Source: Burkholderiales bacterium (lineage in GTDB: Bacteria; Pseudomonadota; Gammaproteobacteria; Burkholderiales; SG8-39). Taken from it: a stretch of DNA of 64,000 nt. The stretch is taken from contig DASSQD010000047.1 in the NCBI GenBank assembly GCA_035702665.1, positions 101-64,100 of the forward strand, written 5' to 3'. Below the pieces are notes generated by a model. It searched no databases. It was not told the origin of the DNA and saw nothing but the letters and a program-made list of their open reading frames with translations. The first letter of the stretch is position 1; the number at the start of each line of letters is the position of its first letter. The position numbers were made by a program, and so were the translations under genes. Shown here piece by piece: positions 18,856 through 28,646 of the stretch.

Positions 18856-19809
18856 TCATTCCACGCGGATGTGCCGCTCCTTGATGACCTTGCCCCATTT
18901 CTCCGACTCTCGCCTGAGATGGGCGGCAAATTCCTCGGGAGAGCTGGCGACGATTTCGAAGCCCATCTGCTCGAAGAAGCGCGCCTGCTCCGGGGCGGTC
19001 AGCGTCTCCTTGATCCTCGCGTTGAGCAGCGACACGGTCGCCCCCGGCGTTCCCTTGGGCGCGAGAACGCCGTGCCAGGTCAGGAACTCGTATCCGGGCA
19101 ACCCCGCCTCGGCGATGGTCGGCACGTCGGGGAGCGCGGGGGAGCGCTTGGCGCCCGTCACCCCGAGGACGACGAGCTTGCCGGTCTTCACGTGGGGGAT
19201 CGCCTCGGAGATGTTCGGATACGTTATCCCGACCTCGCCGCCCAGGGCCGCGAGCAGCGAGGGGCCGCCTCCCTTGTACTGGACCGCGACGATGTCGACC
19301 TGTCCCAGGTAATTGAACAGCTCGCCTGCGAAATGGGGATTGGTGCCCGCGCCGGCGGCGGAGTAGTTGAGCGCGCCGGGCTTGGACTTGGCCAGCGCGA
19401 GCAGCTCGCGCACGGAGCGTGCCGGCAACGACGGGTTCACCACGAGCGTCGCCGGCGACGAGCACAGCCACGCCACGGGCAGGAAATCGGCGAAGGGATC
19501 GTACGGTACCTTGCTGTAGAGGTAGGTATTCGTGACGAAGGGAATGGTGTTGATCAGCAGCGTGTAGCCGTCCGGCCTGGCGTGCGCCACGACCTCCGTC
19601 CCGATGATGCCCGAAGCGCCGCTGCGGTTCTCGATCACCACCTGCTGCCCCAGGCGCTCGGAGAGCCTTGGCGTCAGCGCGCGCGCCACGACGTCGACAC
19701 TGCCGCCCGGCGGAAACGGTACGACGAGTCGCACCGGCCTTTCCGGATAGCTCTGCGCCTGGACGAACAGCGGAAGCGCGAAAACGAGAACCGACAAGAC
19801 TGTCCGCAT
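18856..19809 (-). CDS. Bug/TctC substrate-binding protein
   Basis: YPERPVRLVVPFPPGGSVD, PDGYTLL, YKGGGP. Confidence 0.93.
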   Translation of the reverse strand: MRTVLSVLVFALPLFVQAQSYPERPVRLVVPFPPGGSVDVVARALTPRLSERLGQQVVIENRSGASGIIGTEVVAHARPDGYTLLINTIPFVTNTYLYSKVPYDPFADFLPVAWLCSSPATLVVNPSLPARSVRELLALAKSKPGALNYSAAGAGTNPHFAGELFNYLGQVDIVAVQYKGGGPSLLAALGGEVGITYPNISEAIPHVKTGKLVVLGVTGAKRSPALPDVPTIAEAGLPGYEFLTWHGVLAPKGTPGATVSLLNARIKETLTAPEQARFFEQMGFEIVASSPEEFAAHLRRESEKWGKVIKERHIRVE

Positions 19810-19818
19810 TTCTTCTCC

Positions 19819-20205
19819 CTAGCGACGGAAAGTGTCGCAGTAGTCGGGCGGCCCCTGCCATTTCTGCTCCACGACCCGACCTTCGCGGAAGATCAGCGTG
19901 CGCTCGCAGCGCACCGGTTCGCCGCCGCCCGCCCCGAACGTCACGCCCGTGCCGATGCCCACGCCGCCGCCGCTGCTCATGCCGATGCCGATCGAGGGCG
20001 AAACCCTGCCGCGCGTGCCCACGCCCTCGGACACCCAGGTATAGACGTCGGCTCCGTCGGTGAGCTTGGTGCTGCGCGCGGGCGTGCCCCAGGCGCGGAC
20101 GACGTCGTCGTAGCTCGCGCCGTTCCAGCCGCTCTCCGGCGCGCCGGCCGGGCCGGACGCCGCGCAGCCGGCGAGCAGCAGAACGACAAGCGGAGCGAGC
20201 CTCAT
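19819..20205 (-). CDS. Hypothetical lipoprotein
   Basis: MRLAPLVVLLLAGC lipobox; W.G...DVVRAWG.P pattern; Gly-rich GIGIG segment; two further Cys. Confidence 0.75.
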   Translation of the reverse strand: MRLAPLVVLLLAGCAASGPAGAPESGWNGASYDDVVRAWGTPARSTKLTDGADVYTWVSEGVGTRGRVSPSIGIGMSSGGGVGIGTGVTFGAGGGEPVRCERTLIFREGRVVEQKWQGPPDYCDTFRR

Positions 20206-20284
20206 CGCCGGATGATACCCCCGGCGCGCTGACCGGGCACCCACGCTCTGTATACTTGCTTCGGACTACTACAGAAACCGGAGG

Positions 20285-21361
20285 ATGGAGATGAGGCGAA
20301 GCATTGGCGTTTTCGCGGCGGGCGCTCTTACCCTGTGGCTGAGTCTCTCGGCCGTGGCCGCAGACTACCCTGCGAAGGAAGGCGATTGGGTCGCGAAGGA
20401 CTTCCGCTTTCACACCGGCGAGGTCCTTCCGGAAGTGCGGCTCCACTACGCAACGGTCGGCGCGCCGGCCGGAGAGCCGGTGCTGATCCTACACGGTACG
20501 GGCGGCTCCTCGGCGAACATGCTCACCCGGGAGTTCGCGGGAGAGCTGTACGGCCCCGGGCAGCCGCTCGACGCGGCGCGCTATTTCATCGTCATCCCGG
20601 ACGCGCTCGGCACCGGAAAGTCGACGCGGCCTTCCGACGGCTTGCGCGCGCGCTTCCCGAAGTACAACTACGACGACATGGTGCTCGCACAGCATCGCCT
20701 CGTCACCGAGGGGCTGGGGATCAGGCATCTGCGGCTGGTGCTCGGCAACTCGATGGGCGGCATGCAGACTTGGATCTGGGGCGAAACGTATCCCGATTTC
20801 ATGGACGCGCTCGTGCCGATGGCTTCGCAGCCGGTGCAGATGCTCGGCCGCAACTGGATGATGCGGCGACTGCTCACGCAGTCCATCCGCCGCGACCCGG
20901 ACTGGAACGGCGGCAACTACACCGCGCAGCCGCGCGGCATCCAGCTCGCCCTCGTCGAGTTCGGCATCGCCACCTCGGGCGGAACGCGGGCCTACTACCG
21001 GGACGCGCCGACGCGCGAGAAGGCCGACGAGATCGTGATGCGGCGCCTCGCCCAGCCTTTCCGCGGCGACGCCAACGATCTCCTGTACCAGTGGGAGTCC
21101 TCCGAGGATTACAACCCCGCGCCGGGCCTCGAGCGCATCCGGGCGAGGCTCGTCGCGATCAACTCCGCCGACGACGAGCGCAATCCGCCCGAGCTCGGCA
21201 TCATGGAGCGCGAGATCAAGCGCGTGAAGGGCGGCCGCTACGTGGAGATACCAGCGGGCGAGCACACGCGCGGCCACGCCACGACGGGGAACGCGGCGCT
21301 GTGGAAGCAGCATATCGCCGAGTTGCTCAAGGACACGCCGCAAACCGGAGGACAACGATGA
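20285..21361 (+). CDS. Exported alpha/beta-fold hydrolase, homoserine O-acetyltransferase-like
   Basis: Signal peptide; LILHGTGG, GNSMGGM nucleophile elbow, NSADD, GH. Confidence 0.88.
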   Translation: MEMRRSIGVFAAGALTLWLSLSAVAADYPAKEGDWVAKDFRFHTGEVLPEVRLHYATVGAPAGEPVLILHGTGGSSANMLTREFAGELYGPGQPLDAARYFIVIPDALGTGKSTRPSDGLRARFPKYNYDDMVLAQHRLVTEGLGIRHLRLVLGNSMGGMQTWIWGETYPDFMDALVPMASQPVQMLGRNWMMRRLLTQSIRRDPDWNGGNYTAQPRGIQLALVEFGIATSGGTRAYYRDAPTREKADEIVMRRLAQPFRGDANDLLYQWESSEDYNPAPGLERIRARLVAINSADDERNPPELGIMEREIKRVKGGRYVEIPAGEHTRGHATTGNAALWKQHIAELLKDTPQTGGQR

Positions 21362-22314
21362 GACGCCTGGTCGCAGCACTGAGCGCAGCTTTCGCAGTGA
21401 GCTTGCCCGCGCACGGGCAGTACCCCGGCAAGCCGATCCGCTTCATCGTGCCTTTCGCCGCGGGCGGCACGTCCGACATCCTCGCGCGCGCCATCGCCCC
21501 GAGGCTCATCGAGGCGTGGGGACAGCCCGTGGTCGTGGAGAACCGCACCGGCGCCAACGGCAACGTCGGGGCGGACTACGTCGCCAAGTCGGCGCCCGAC
21601 GGCTACACGCTGCTGCTTTCGGACGTCGGCGCGCTCGCGATCAATCCGAGCGTGTACGAGAACATGACCTTCGACCCGGCCCGCGATTTCTCTCCCGTCG
21701 TGATGGTGTCGTACTCGCCGCACGTGCTGGCGGTGCATCCCTCGCTGCCGGTGAAGGACGTGAGGGAACTGATCGCCTACGCCAAGGCCAACCCGGGCAA
21801 ACTGAATTTCGCCAACTCCGGCACCGGCGGCGCGCCGCATCTGGCAGGGGTCGAGTTCGCGGCGCGCACCGGCGTGCAGTGGACCTACATTCCCTACAAG
21901 GGCGGTTCGGCCGCGGTGACCGACGTGATCGCGGGCAACGCCAACGTGCTGTTCAACGGCATGCTCGCCACCTATCCGTCGGTGAAGGCCGGACGCCTGC
22001 GCGGCCTCGCCGTGTCGAGCGCGCGGCGCGTTGCCTCCGCGCCCGAGCTCCCGACCGTGGCCGAGACGCTTCCGGGCTTCGAGACCGGCTCGTATCAGGG
22101 CGTGCTCGCGGCGGCCGGGACTCCCCGCGAGATCGTCGCCAAGCTCAACGCAGAGCTCGCGCGGATCCTGAACACGAGCGAGATGAAGGCGTTCCTCGCG
22201 CAGCAAGGCACCGAGGTGCGCACCGGCCCGCCGGAGACGCTCGGCGCGTTCATCGCGAGCGAGAAGGCGCGCTGGGCCAAGGTCGTAAAGGACAACGGCA
22301 TCAAGGCCGATTGA
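21358..22314 (+). CDS. Bug/TctC substrate-binding protein
   Basis: ATGA overlap; YPGKPIRFIVPFAAGGTSD, PDGYTLL, PYKGG. Confidence 0.93.
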   Translation: MRRLVAALSAAFAVSLPAHGQYPGKPIRFIVPFAAGGTSDILARAIAPRLIEAWGQPVVVENRTGANGNVGADYVAKSAPDGYTLLLSDVGALAINPSVYENMTFDPARDFSPVVMVSYSPHVLAVHPSLPVKDVRELIAYAKANPGKLNFANSGTGGAPHLAGVEFAARTGVQWTYIPYKGGSAAVTDVIAGNANVLFNGMLATYPSVKAGRLRGLAVSSARRVASAPELPTVAETLPGFETGSYQGVLAAAGTPREIVAKLNAELARILNTSEMKAFLAQQGTEVRTGPPETLGAFIASEKARWAKVVKDNGIKAD

Positions 22315-22322
22315 CACAAAAC

Positions 22323-22350
22323 AAAACGCCCCGGGGTCTCCGGGGCGTTT
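22323..22350. terminator. Bidirectional intrinsic terminator
   Basis: AAACGCCCCGG-ggtct-CCGGGGCGTTT; U-tract on the minus strand. Confidence 0.85.
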
Positions 22351-22368
22351 CGCGTAAGGCACGCCGGC

Positions 22369-22452
22369 CTAGCGGCGATCGGTCATCCCTGTGATGCGGA
22401 ATGATCCGCTGTTCGAGGCCTTTAAGCCGGTCCTGCCTGGATGGTCTCTCAC
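22369..22452 (-). CDS. Putative 27-aa small protein (MRDHPGRTGLKASNSGSFRITGMTDRR)
   Basis: AAAGGAGGTGATCC Shine-Dalgarno directly before GTG 22452; extended -10 TGcTAGAGT upstream; terminator immediately downstream. Confidence 0.55.
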   Translation of the reverse strand: MRDHPGRTGLKASNSGSFRITGMTDRR

Positions 22453-22497
22453 GGGATCACCTCCTTTCGAAGTTGGGAGCCGTTACTCTAGCACGCG

Positions 22498-22893
22498 CTA
22501 GGCGCCCGGCGCGGGCGCGCGCGGAAGGAAGATCCATAGAACGATGTAGACGGCGATGCCGAGCCCGGCGAGGAGCGCAAGAAGGACGAACGCGACGCGC
22601 AGGAAGACCGGGTCGACGTCGAGCCACTCCCCCAGGCCGCCGCATACCCCCGCGATCTTGCGGTCGGCCCTCGAGAGGCGAAGCCCGGCCGCGGATCCGT
22701 GCTGCCCTTCGCCGGCCTTCTCCGGAGCCATGATCCACAGCAGCACGTAGATCAACGCGCCGAGACCGCCGAAGAACAGCGACAGGAGGAAGAACAGCCG
22801 GAAGAATACCGGGTCGATCTCGAAGTACTCGCCGAGGCCGGCGCACACGCCGGCGATCTTCTTCTGTCCGGTCAGCCGGTGGAAAGCTCGCAT
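22498..22893 (-). CDS. Tandem PspC-domain membrane protein
   Basis: Two copies of KIAGVC.GLGE..D/EVDPVF.R...YxxLWI. Confidence 0.9.
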   Translation of the reverse strand: MRAFHRLTGQKKIAGVCAGLGEYFEIDPVFFRLFFLLSLFFGGLGALIYVLLWIMAPEKAGEGQHGSAAGLRLSRADRKIAGVCGGLGEWLDVDPVFLRVAFVLLALLAGLGIAVYIVLWIFLPRAPAPGA

Positions 22894-22901
22894 CTTCTCG
22901 C

Positions 22902-23996
22902 CTAGGCCCGCTTCGCGGGCGCTTCGGCCGAGACGCCGCGCTCGGTGCGGTTGCGGCCGGCCCTCTTTGCGGCGTAGAGCGCGCGGTCGGCGCGGGCGAT
23001 CCAGTCCACGTGGTCCGCGTCGTGAACCTCGAACTGCGCGACACCGAGGCTCGCGGTGGCGCGCACCCCCGTGTCGGGATGGAGAATGGCCGATTCGATG
23101 CGTGCGCGGATCCGCTCGGCGAGCAGCGTTGCTCCGTGGATGTCGGTTCCGGGAAGCACGACGCCGAATTCCTCCCCGCCATAGCGCCCGGGCACGTCGT
23201 GGAGGCGCAGCGCGCCACGCAGGATCCGCGCGATCGAGCGGATGACTGCGTCGCCCACGGGGTGGCCGTGGCGGTCGTTGATCACCTTGAAATGGTCGAT
23301 GTCGATCATCACGACCGACGAGGGGTGGCCGATGCGGCGGCAGCGCTGGAACTCGGCGGCGACGACGGCTTCCCAGTTCGTGCGGTTGAGAAGGCCGGAG
23401 AGCCCGTCCATGCTCGAGAGCGCGGCGAGCGTCTGGTTCTGCCCCCGCACCCTGCGTGCAAGGCGGTAGGTCGTGAGGCCGATCGCGAGCGGATAGAAGA
23501 CGAGCAGCGGCAGGGTGGCGATCCGTTCCATGAGCGTCGACTGCAGGTGCGGCGCGAAGCCCGGCGCCAGCGCGACGAGCGCCGCCGCCGCCGCCTGGAC
23601 CGCGAGGCAGCGCGCTAGGAAGCGCAGCCCGCCGACGCTGACCTTGTCCATCACCATCATCGAGAAGATCACGGCGGAGGGCGCGGCGCTGAAGCCGATC
23701 GCCGCGATCCACGCGCCGCCGCTCGCCGAGTCGAGCATCAGGTTGCGCCGCTCGGCGCGATAGGGATCGGCGCTGCGGCGGGCGATCCAGTACGCGAGAT
23801 GCGGCCAGGCGAGCGCATTCAGTGCCAGAGTCGCCCAGACGAGCGGGTGCGCGTCCTGCTCCCACAGCGCGCCGCCGACGCACACCGCGCCGAGCAAGAC
23901 GCCGAGCGGACGCACGCGGTACATGCGCTGCGCGAAGCGCAGCCCGTCCTCAGGCGTGCGTCCGGAAAATCCGCTTTGACCGGGGGTCGGATTCAT
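22902..23996 (-). CDS. MASE2-GGDEF diguanylate cyclase (AdrA/DgcC-like)
   Basis: N-terminal TM region (RMYRVR..G, WPHLAY, ERRNLMLDS); DIDHFK, RLHD I-site, GRYGGEEF. Confidence 0.9.
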   Translation of the reverse strand: MNPTPGQSGFSGRTPEDGLRFAQRMYRVRPLGVLLGAVCVGGALWEQDAHPLVWATLALNALAWPHLAYWIARRSADPYRAERRNLMLDSASGGAWIAAIGFSAAPSAVIFSMMVMDKVSVGGLRFLARCLAVQAAAAALVALAPGFAPHLQSTLMERIATLPLLVFYPLAIGLTTYRLARRVRGQNQTLAALSSMDGLSGLLNRTNWEAVVAAEFQRCRRIGHPSSVVMIDIDHFKVINDRHGHPVGDAVIRSIARILRGALRLHDVPGRYGGEEFGVVLPGTDIHGATLLAERIRARIESAILHPDTGVRATASLGVAQFEVHDADHVDWIARADRALYAAKRAGRNRTERGVSAEAPAKRA

Positions 23997-24148
23997 CCGC
24001 GGCGACTCGTTCCTGGGCGAGACTGTACGCCCGCCGCCGTGCGTCGACAATAAAGCACCCGGGCCGCCCTTGCCCGCGGGCCGGGACTGTCGGATGAGTG
24101 GAAAGGCAGCAACCACGGCGCGTCGATCGTGAAGGTGGAGCCGCTCGA

Positions 24149-25081
24149 CTAGGTCCCCGCCCGCTCCTCGATTTCATAGCCGGCCGCGATCCAGGCGTCC
24201 AGCCCGCCGTGCAGCGGGCGCACCTTGGTGTAGCCCAGGCCGATCAGCTTCTTTGCGACCTGTGCCGCCGAGGCTTCGTTGGGGCAGGTGCAGTAGAAGA
24301 CGACCTCGCGGTCCGCGGGCAGCTCCTCGAGGCGCTGCTCCACGTCATCGAGCGTCATCGTCAGCGCGCCGGGAATGAAGCGCCGGTCGAGTTCGCGTGA
24401 GCTTTGCGAGCGCACGTCCACTACCACCGGGCGCTTGCCCTGCTCTATCAGCGCGCGCAGTTCCTCGACGCCGATCCGCGCGATACGCAGCATCTTGTAG
24501 AAGCGCCGCCGCTCCCACCACTTGGCCGCGACGTACGCGGCGAGAAGGGCACCGATCGCCTCGATCGCCAGGGTCCCGAGGCCTTCGAGGCGCAGCATGA
24601 GGTCGTTGATCCCGGAGTGGAGCAGCATCCCCGCGGCGATCGCCGAGCCTGCCCAGATCGCTACGCCAAGCCCGTTCAGGAGGAGGAACGACGGCCAGCC
24701 GAGCCGCATCGCGCCCGCGAGCGGCGGCGCGATGGTCGAGAGGCCCGGGATGAACTTGGACAGCACCAGCGTCAGCCCGCCCCAGCGCTCGAAGCGGACT
24801 TCGGTCTGGCGCACGCAGGAATCGGGGGAGAGCGACATGCGGCACAGCAGCGCCATCACGCGCCGCCCGTAGCGCCTGCCCGCGAGATACCAGACGAGGT
24901 CGCCGATCATGCAGGCGAGGAAAGCGGCGCCGAAGATCGCCCACGCCGAAAGCTCCCCCTGCACCGCCAGCGCGCCGGCGACGATCAGCGTCGGTATCGC
25001 GGGAATCGGCAGCCCGACCTGCTCCAGCAGCACGTTCGCGAAGATCAGCGCGAGACCGTATTGCGTGATCAAGTGGGTCAT
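24149..25081 (-). CDS. DedA (VTT) + rhodanese-domain membrane protein
   Basis: EQVGLPIP, GD..WY..GRRYG, KFIPG; rhodanese VVDVR...YCTCPNE...LHGGLDAW. Confidence 0.92.
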   Translation of the reverse strand: MTHLITQYGLALIFANVLLEQVGLPIPAIPTLIVAGALAVQGELSAWAIFGAAFLACMIGDLVWYLAGRRYGRRVMALLCRMSLSPDSCVRQTEVRFERWGGLTLVLSKFIPGLSTIAPPLAGAMRLGWPSFLLLNGLGVAIWAGSAIAAGMLLHSGINDLMLRLEGLGTLAIEAIGALLAAYVAAKWWERRRFYKMLRIARIGVEELRALIEQGKRPVVVDVRSQSSRELDRRFIPGALTMTLDDVEQRLEELPADREVVFYCTCPNEASAAQVAKKLIGLGYTKVRPLHGGLDAWIAAGYEIEERAGT

Positions 25082-25181
25082 ATCAGGACCTTGCCGGAAA
25101 GCAAAACGCCCCGGGGGTCTCCCGGGTTATCCGAGCAGCTCTTGCCGTGTTCTCGGCCGTGGCCGCGTGCGGCGCCCTCGC

Positions 25182-26423
25182 CTAGCCAAGCGGTCCCAAA
25201 AACGGCTCTCCCAAGAACGTATCGCTCCGTCCCTCCACCGTTTCCGGCCATGTCGCATTGTCGATCTTCGGCCGCTGTGACGCGGGCCGCGGCTTTCCGT
25301 CCCACCCGACTTGCTCCATGTAGTAATAGAGCTGGAATGCGTAGCCGTCGGGGTCGATGGCGAAGGCGCAGTAGTCGACACCGGGGAAGAGGTCGGGCGG
25401 CAGGTATTTGATCGCGACACCGTTGGCCTTGAGGAAGGCGATGGCGTCCTTCAGCTGCTGGTAGCTCCCGAGCTGCAGCCCGAAGGACATGAGGGTGCTG
25501 TCGGGCTTCAGGCCCAGCTCGTCGCGCAGCGCGATCGGGTAGAGCGCGACGGAGTGGTGCTCGGTGTTGGCGCGCAGGAAGACACAGCGGTGTGATTTGT
25601 ACTTGACTTCCTCGGTGACGGCGAACCCGAGGTCGTCGCGGTAGAACGCGAGCATCGCTTCCGTGTTCTCTGCGAAGAGGCGCACCGGCCCGATCTTCGC
25701 GATCTTGAACGGCCGCGCAAGCAGGATGCCGCCGACGTCGTACTTCTCCTCGCCGCCCGCGTCGAGCGCGCGGGTGCCCTTCTCGATGGGAATGCCGTCC
25801 GCGGTCGCTTTCGCCACCTCGGCGTACTCGGACAGGTGCGGCAGCCGCGGCGGCTTGGAGTAGCGCACGCCGTACATGTCGCGCGGCTTCGAGTACCCGT
25901 CCCAGCCGATCTGCTCGATGCCGTAATACAGCTCGTTGGTATGGCCGTCGGGGTCTGGCGGATAGAAGTGCCAGTTCGACCCCGGGAGGTCTCTGCCCGC
26001 GCGGCGGATCGGCTTGCCGCGCTTCGTGAACCAGTCGAAAGCGTCGGAGACTTCCTGCAGCGACCCGACCTGCCAAGTGATCTGGTTGATCGTGCCGCTT
26101 GGCGTGCGCGCGTGCGGATTGACGACTTCGAGCAACCTGCGCGGGAAGAAGACGAACGAGTGGTGGTCGGTGCCGTGTCGCGAGAAATAGCCCACCGTCG
26201 GGCCGACCTTGTCGCGCTGATCCTCGGGCACGCGCTCCCGGAAATCGATCGGATCGGAGACGCGGAAGCCGAGGAGCTTGCAGTAGAAATCCTTGCTGCG
26301 CTCCGGGTCGACCACGTTCACGCCGAAATGCCCGAGGCGCCGGATGCGGAACGGCCGCTGCAGCTTCACGCCCCCGACGGTGAATTCCTCGGTAGCCTGC
26401 GGAACACGCTCGGGCTTGTTCAT
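25182..26423 (-). CDS. VOC/glyoxalase-superfamily protein (extradiol dioxygenase-like)
   Basis: IRRLGHFG, LGFRVSD, DHHS, DPDGHTNELYY; second module EHHS...DPDG. Confidence 0.85.
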   Translation of the reverse strand: MNKPERVPQATEEFTVGGVKLQRPFRIRRLGHFGVNVVDPERSKDFYCKLLGFRVSDPIDFRERVPEDQRDKVGPTVGYFSRHGTDHHSFVFFPRRLLEVVNPHARTPSGTINQITWQVGSLQEVSDAFDWFTKRGKPIRRAGRDLPGSNWHFYPPDPDGHTNELYYGIEQIGWDGYSKPRDMYGVRYSKPPRLPHLSEYAEVAKATADGIPIEKGTRALDAGGEEKYDVGGILLARPFKIAKIGPVRLFAENTEAMLAFYRDDLGFAVTEEVKYKSHRCVFLRANTEHHSVALYPIALRDELGLKPDSTLMSFGLQLGSYQQLKDAIAFLKANGVAIKYLPPDLFPGVDYCAFAIDPDGYAFQLYYYMEQVGWDGKPRPASQRPKIDNATWPETVEGRSDTFLGEPFLGPLG

Positions 26424-26594
26424 TGCTCTCTCCGTGCTGGTCGAGGCATTGTACGCCCGAGATCGTGTCAGGTTTTCCCGGACAAGCCGGTCGGGTTTCT
26501 CCCGAGTTGACCCGCGCCTGCCGCCCTCGCATGATGTCCCCTCGCCTGTTCCTCGGGAGGGAACGGGTCGCAGCAATCCATACAGGGAGAAATC

Positions 26595-27860
26595 ATGACT
26601 GCACGTCGCAGCATTGCCTGCGCGCTTGGCGCCGTCGCGCTTGCCGCGCTTCACACCACAGCCGTAGCCGACTCCGACCAGGACCGCGAGCGTGACCGGA
26701 GCAAAGACAGGACGGTCACCGTCGACTGCGCCTCGGGCGACACTGTCGCCCGGGCGCTCACGCGCGGCGACGACCGCAAGTCGCTGACGATCCTCGTCAG
26801 CGGGACCTGCGCCGAGAACATCGTCATCAACCGCAGCGACGTCAAGCTGGCGGCCGCGGCCCCGGGCGCCACCGTCGTCGGCGCCGACGCCACGCTCGAC
26901 GTGATCCGCGTCACCGGCAGCCGCGTGACCATCGACGGCATCGCAGTGACGGGCGGCCGCAACGGCATTCTCGCCGACGGTGCGGCTGGGCTGATCGTGC
27001 AGAACGGGCTCGTCCAGGGCACCGGCCGCACCGGCATCGTCTACGGACATGGAGCGAGCGGGGTCGTGGACGCGGTGACGGTGGCGGGCAACGCGCGCGA
27101 CGGAATCGCGATCGACTCGGCGAGCGCCGCCGTCGTCAATTCGATCGTGACGCAGAACACGCGCCACGGGATAGGCGTGTTCAACAGCGGCTCCGGGCGC
27201 ATCGGCCTGGACAACCTCAACCTTCCCGGAGGAAACACGGTCAGCGCCAACGGCGCCAACGGGATCAACGTCAACTTCGGCTCGGGCGCCTTGATCGCGA
27301 TGAACGCCATCACGGGGAACGGCACCATCACCGCGCCGGGCAACCCGCAGAACGGCATCGGCGTCAACAGCGCGAGCGCCGACCTGATCGGCGGAAACAC
27401 CATCTCCGGAAATACCGGTCAGGGTGTCAACCTGCGCGCAAGCTCGCTGGTGGTCGGCGACACCTCGTTCGGCTTCAGCACCGTCAACACGATCACCGGC
27501 AACGGCAGCCCCGCGGCGACGGGAGGCATCTTCGCTTTTCTGGGATCCGCGATCAACATGCAGAATGCGGTGATCAGCGGCAACAACGGCTTCGGAATCG
27601 TGCTTTCACTGCGCTCGGAAGCCCAGATCGCCTCGACTACGATCCAGAACAACGTCCCGTCCGGCACCGGCAACGGCGACGGCATACGGCTCGCGTTCGG
27701 TTCGGGTTTGTTCGCCGCCACCCCGGTCGGCAATGTATCGGGCAATTCCGGGTTCGGAATCAACTGCACCGACGGCGAGTCGAGCGTCGTGAACACCGGC
27801 AACCTGGGCATCGGGACGAACGGGCTCGGAGGGGTCTCCCTCAGCTGCACCGGGTTCTGA
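26595..27860 (+). CDS. Exported right-handed parallel beta-helix repeat protein
   Basis: Signal peptide, VDC..G.T...AL, SGTC.ENIVI, many N..GN...GI repeats; RBS AGGGAG. Confidence 0.85.
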   Translation: MTARRSIACALGAVALAALHTTAVADSDQDRERDRSKDRTVTVDCASGDTVARALTRGDDRKSLTILVSGTCAENIVINRSDVKLAAAAPGATVVGADATLDVIRVTGSRVTIDGIAVTGGRNGILADGAAGLIVQNGLVQGTGRTGIVYGHGASGVVDAVTVAGNARDGIAIDSASAAVVNSIVTQNTRHGIGVFNSGSGRIGLDNLNLPGGNTVSANGANGINVNFGSGALIAMNAITGNGTITAPGNPQNGIGVNSASADLIGGNTISGNTGQGVNLRASSLVVGDTSFGFSTVNTITGNGSPAATGGIFAFLGSAINMQNAVISGNNGFGIVLSLRSEAQIASTTIQNNVPSGTGNGDGIRLAFGSGLFAATPVGNVSGNSGFGINCTDGESSVVNTGNLGIGTNGLGGVSLSCTGF

Positions 27861-27915
27861 ATGTCTTCCCGGTCGCGCCCCGCTCCCCGGGGCGCGACCG
27901 GGATGCAACGCTGGC

Positions 27916-28503
27916 TTACGGCTTCCGTCCGAACAGTCCGACGAGCCCGGCCGAGCCCTTGGCGTGTCCCTGAAGCTTCGCGAGGAGCTCGTCGCGCGTC
28001 AAGCCCGGAGGCAGCGCCTTCGGATCGAGGTCGGTCGCGATCAGCGTTAACGTGTAGTGGTGCAAGCCCGTCGCCGGGGGCGTGCACGGCCCTTGGTAAT
28101 TGCTGAATCCATTGGTGCCTTTGCCGCCGACGTACTTGTCGCTGAGCTTGCTCACCTCGCCCTCGGCGAATCCGGTGACGCTCGCGGGAATGCCGTAGGC
28201 GACCCAGTGAATCACCCCCAGCCCCGCGCGGCCCTCGGGATCGACCATCACGAGCGCGTAGCTCCTCGTCCCCGCCGGCGGGTTCGAGAAGGTCAGCGGC
28301 GGCGACACGTTCTCGCCGATGCAGTTCGGGTTCTTGGGGTTGTTTCCGGCGTTCTTCTTCTCGAGCATCGTGCCGTCCTTGAACGCGGACGACGTGAGCG
28401 AGAACACGTTCTCCCCCGTCGAGGGCGGGCCCATCATCGAGCAGGCGCCGAGTGCGAGCGACGCGATCGCGCCGCTGCAGGCGAGGTGGAGTTTCATGGA
28501 CAT
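27916..28503 (-). CDS. YbhB/YbcL (PEBP/RKIP-like) lipoprotein
   Basis: Lipobox LGAC, GENVSPPL, MVDPEG, HWVAYGIP, YQGPCTP, HHY. Confidence 0.92.
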   Translation of the reverse strand: MSMKLHLACSGAIASLALGACSMMGPPSTGENVFSLTSSAFKDGTMLEKKNAGNNPKNPNCIGENVSPPLTFSNPPAGTRSYALVMVDPEGRAGLGVIHWVAYGIPASVTGFAEGEVSKLSDKYVGGKGTNGFSNYQGPCTPPATGLHHYTLTLIATDLDPKALPPGLTRDELLAKLQGHAKGSAGLVGLFGRKP

Positions 28504-28569
28504 CGAAGGTCTCCTCAGGTTGGGATTGTGCAGCGCATTGTACGCCGCCAGTAGTGGGCGAGCCTGTGG

Positions 28570-28598
28570 TTGAAAAGTCCCCGGTACAGGTATAGCGT
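28570..28598 (+). promoter_or_regulatory. Putative sigma70 promoter
   Basis: TTGAAA-17 nt-TAGCGT, ~50 nt upstream of the 28647 start. Confidence 0.4.
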
Positions 28599-28646
28599 GA
28601 CTCGCTCCACTTCGAAAACCACCGCCGTTCTTCCGGGGAGATCAAT

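Noticed and set aside
20285..21361. metX
   Set aside because: Has a signal peptide and lacks the typical HALSG motif; only family-level similarity.
22454..22467. GGATCACCTCCTTT identical to the 16S rRNA 3' end
   Set aside because: No other rRNA-like sequence flanks it; better read as a perfect SD on the minus strand.
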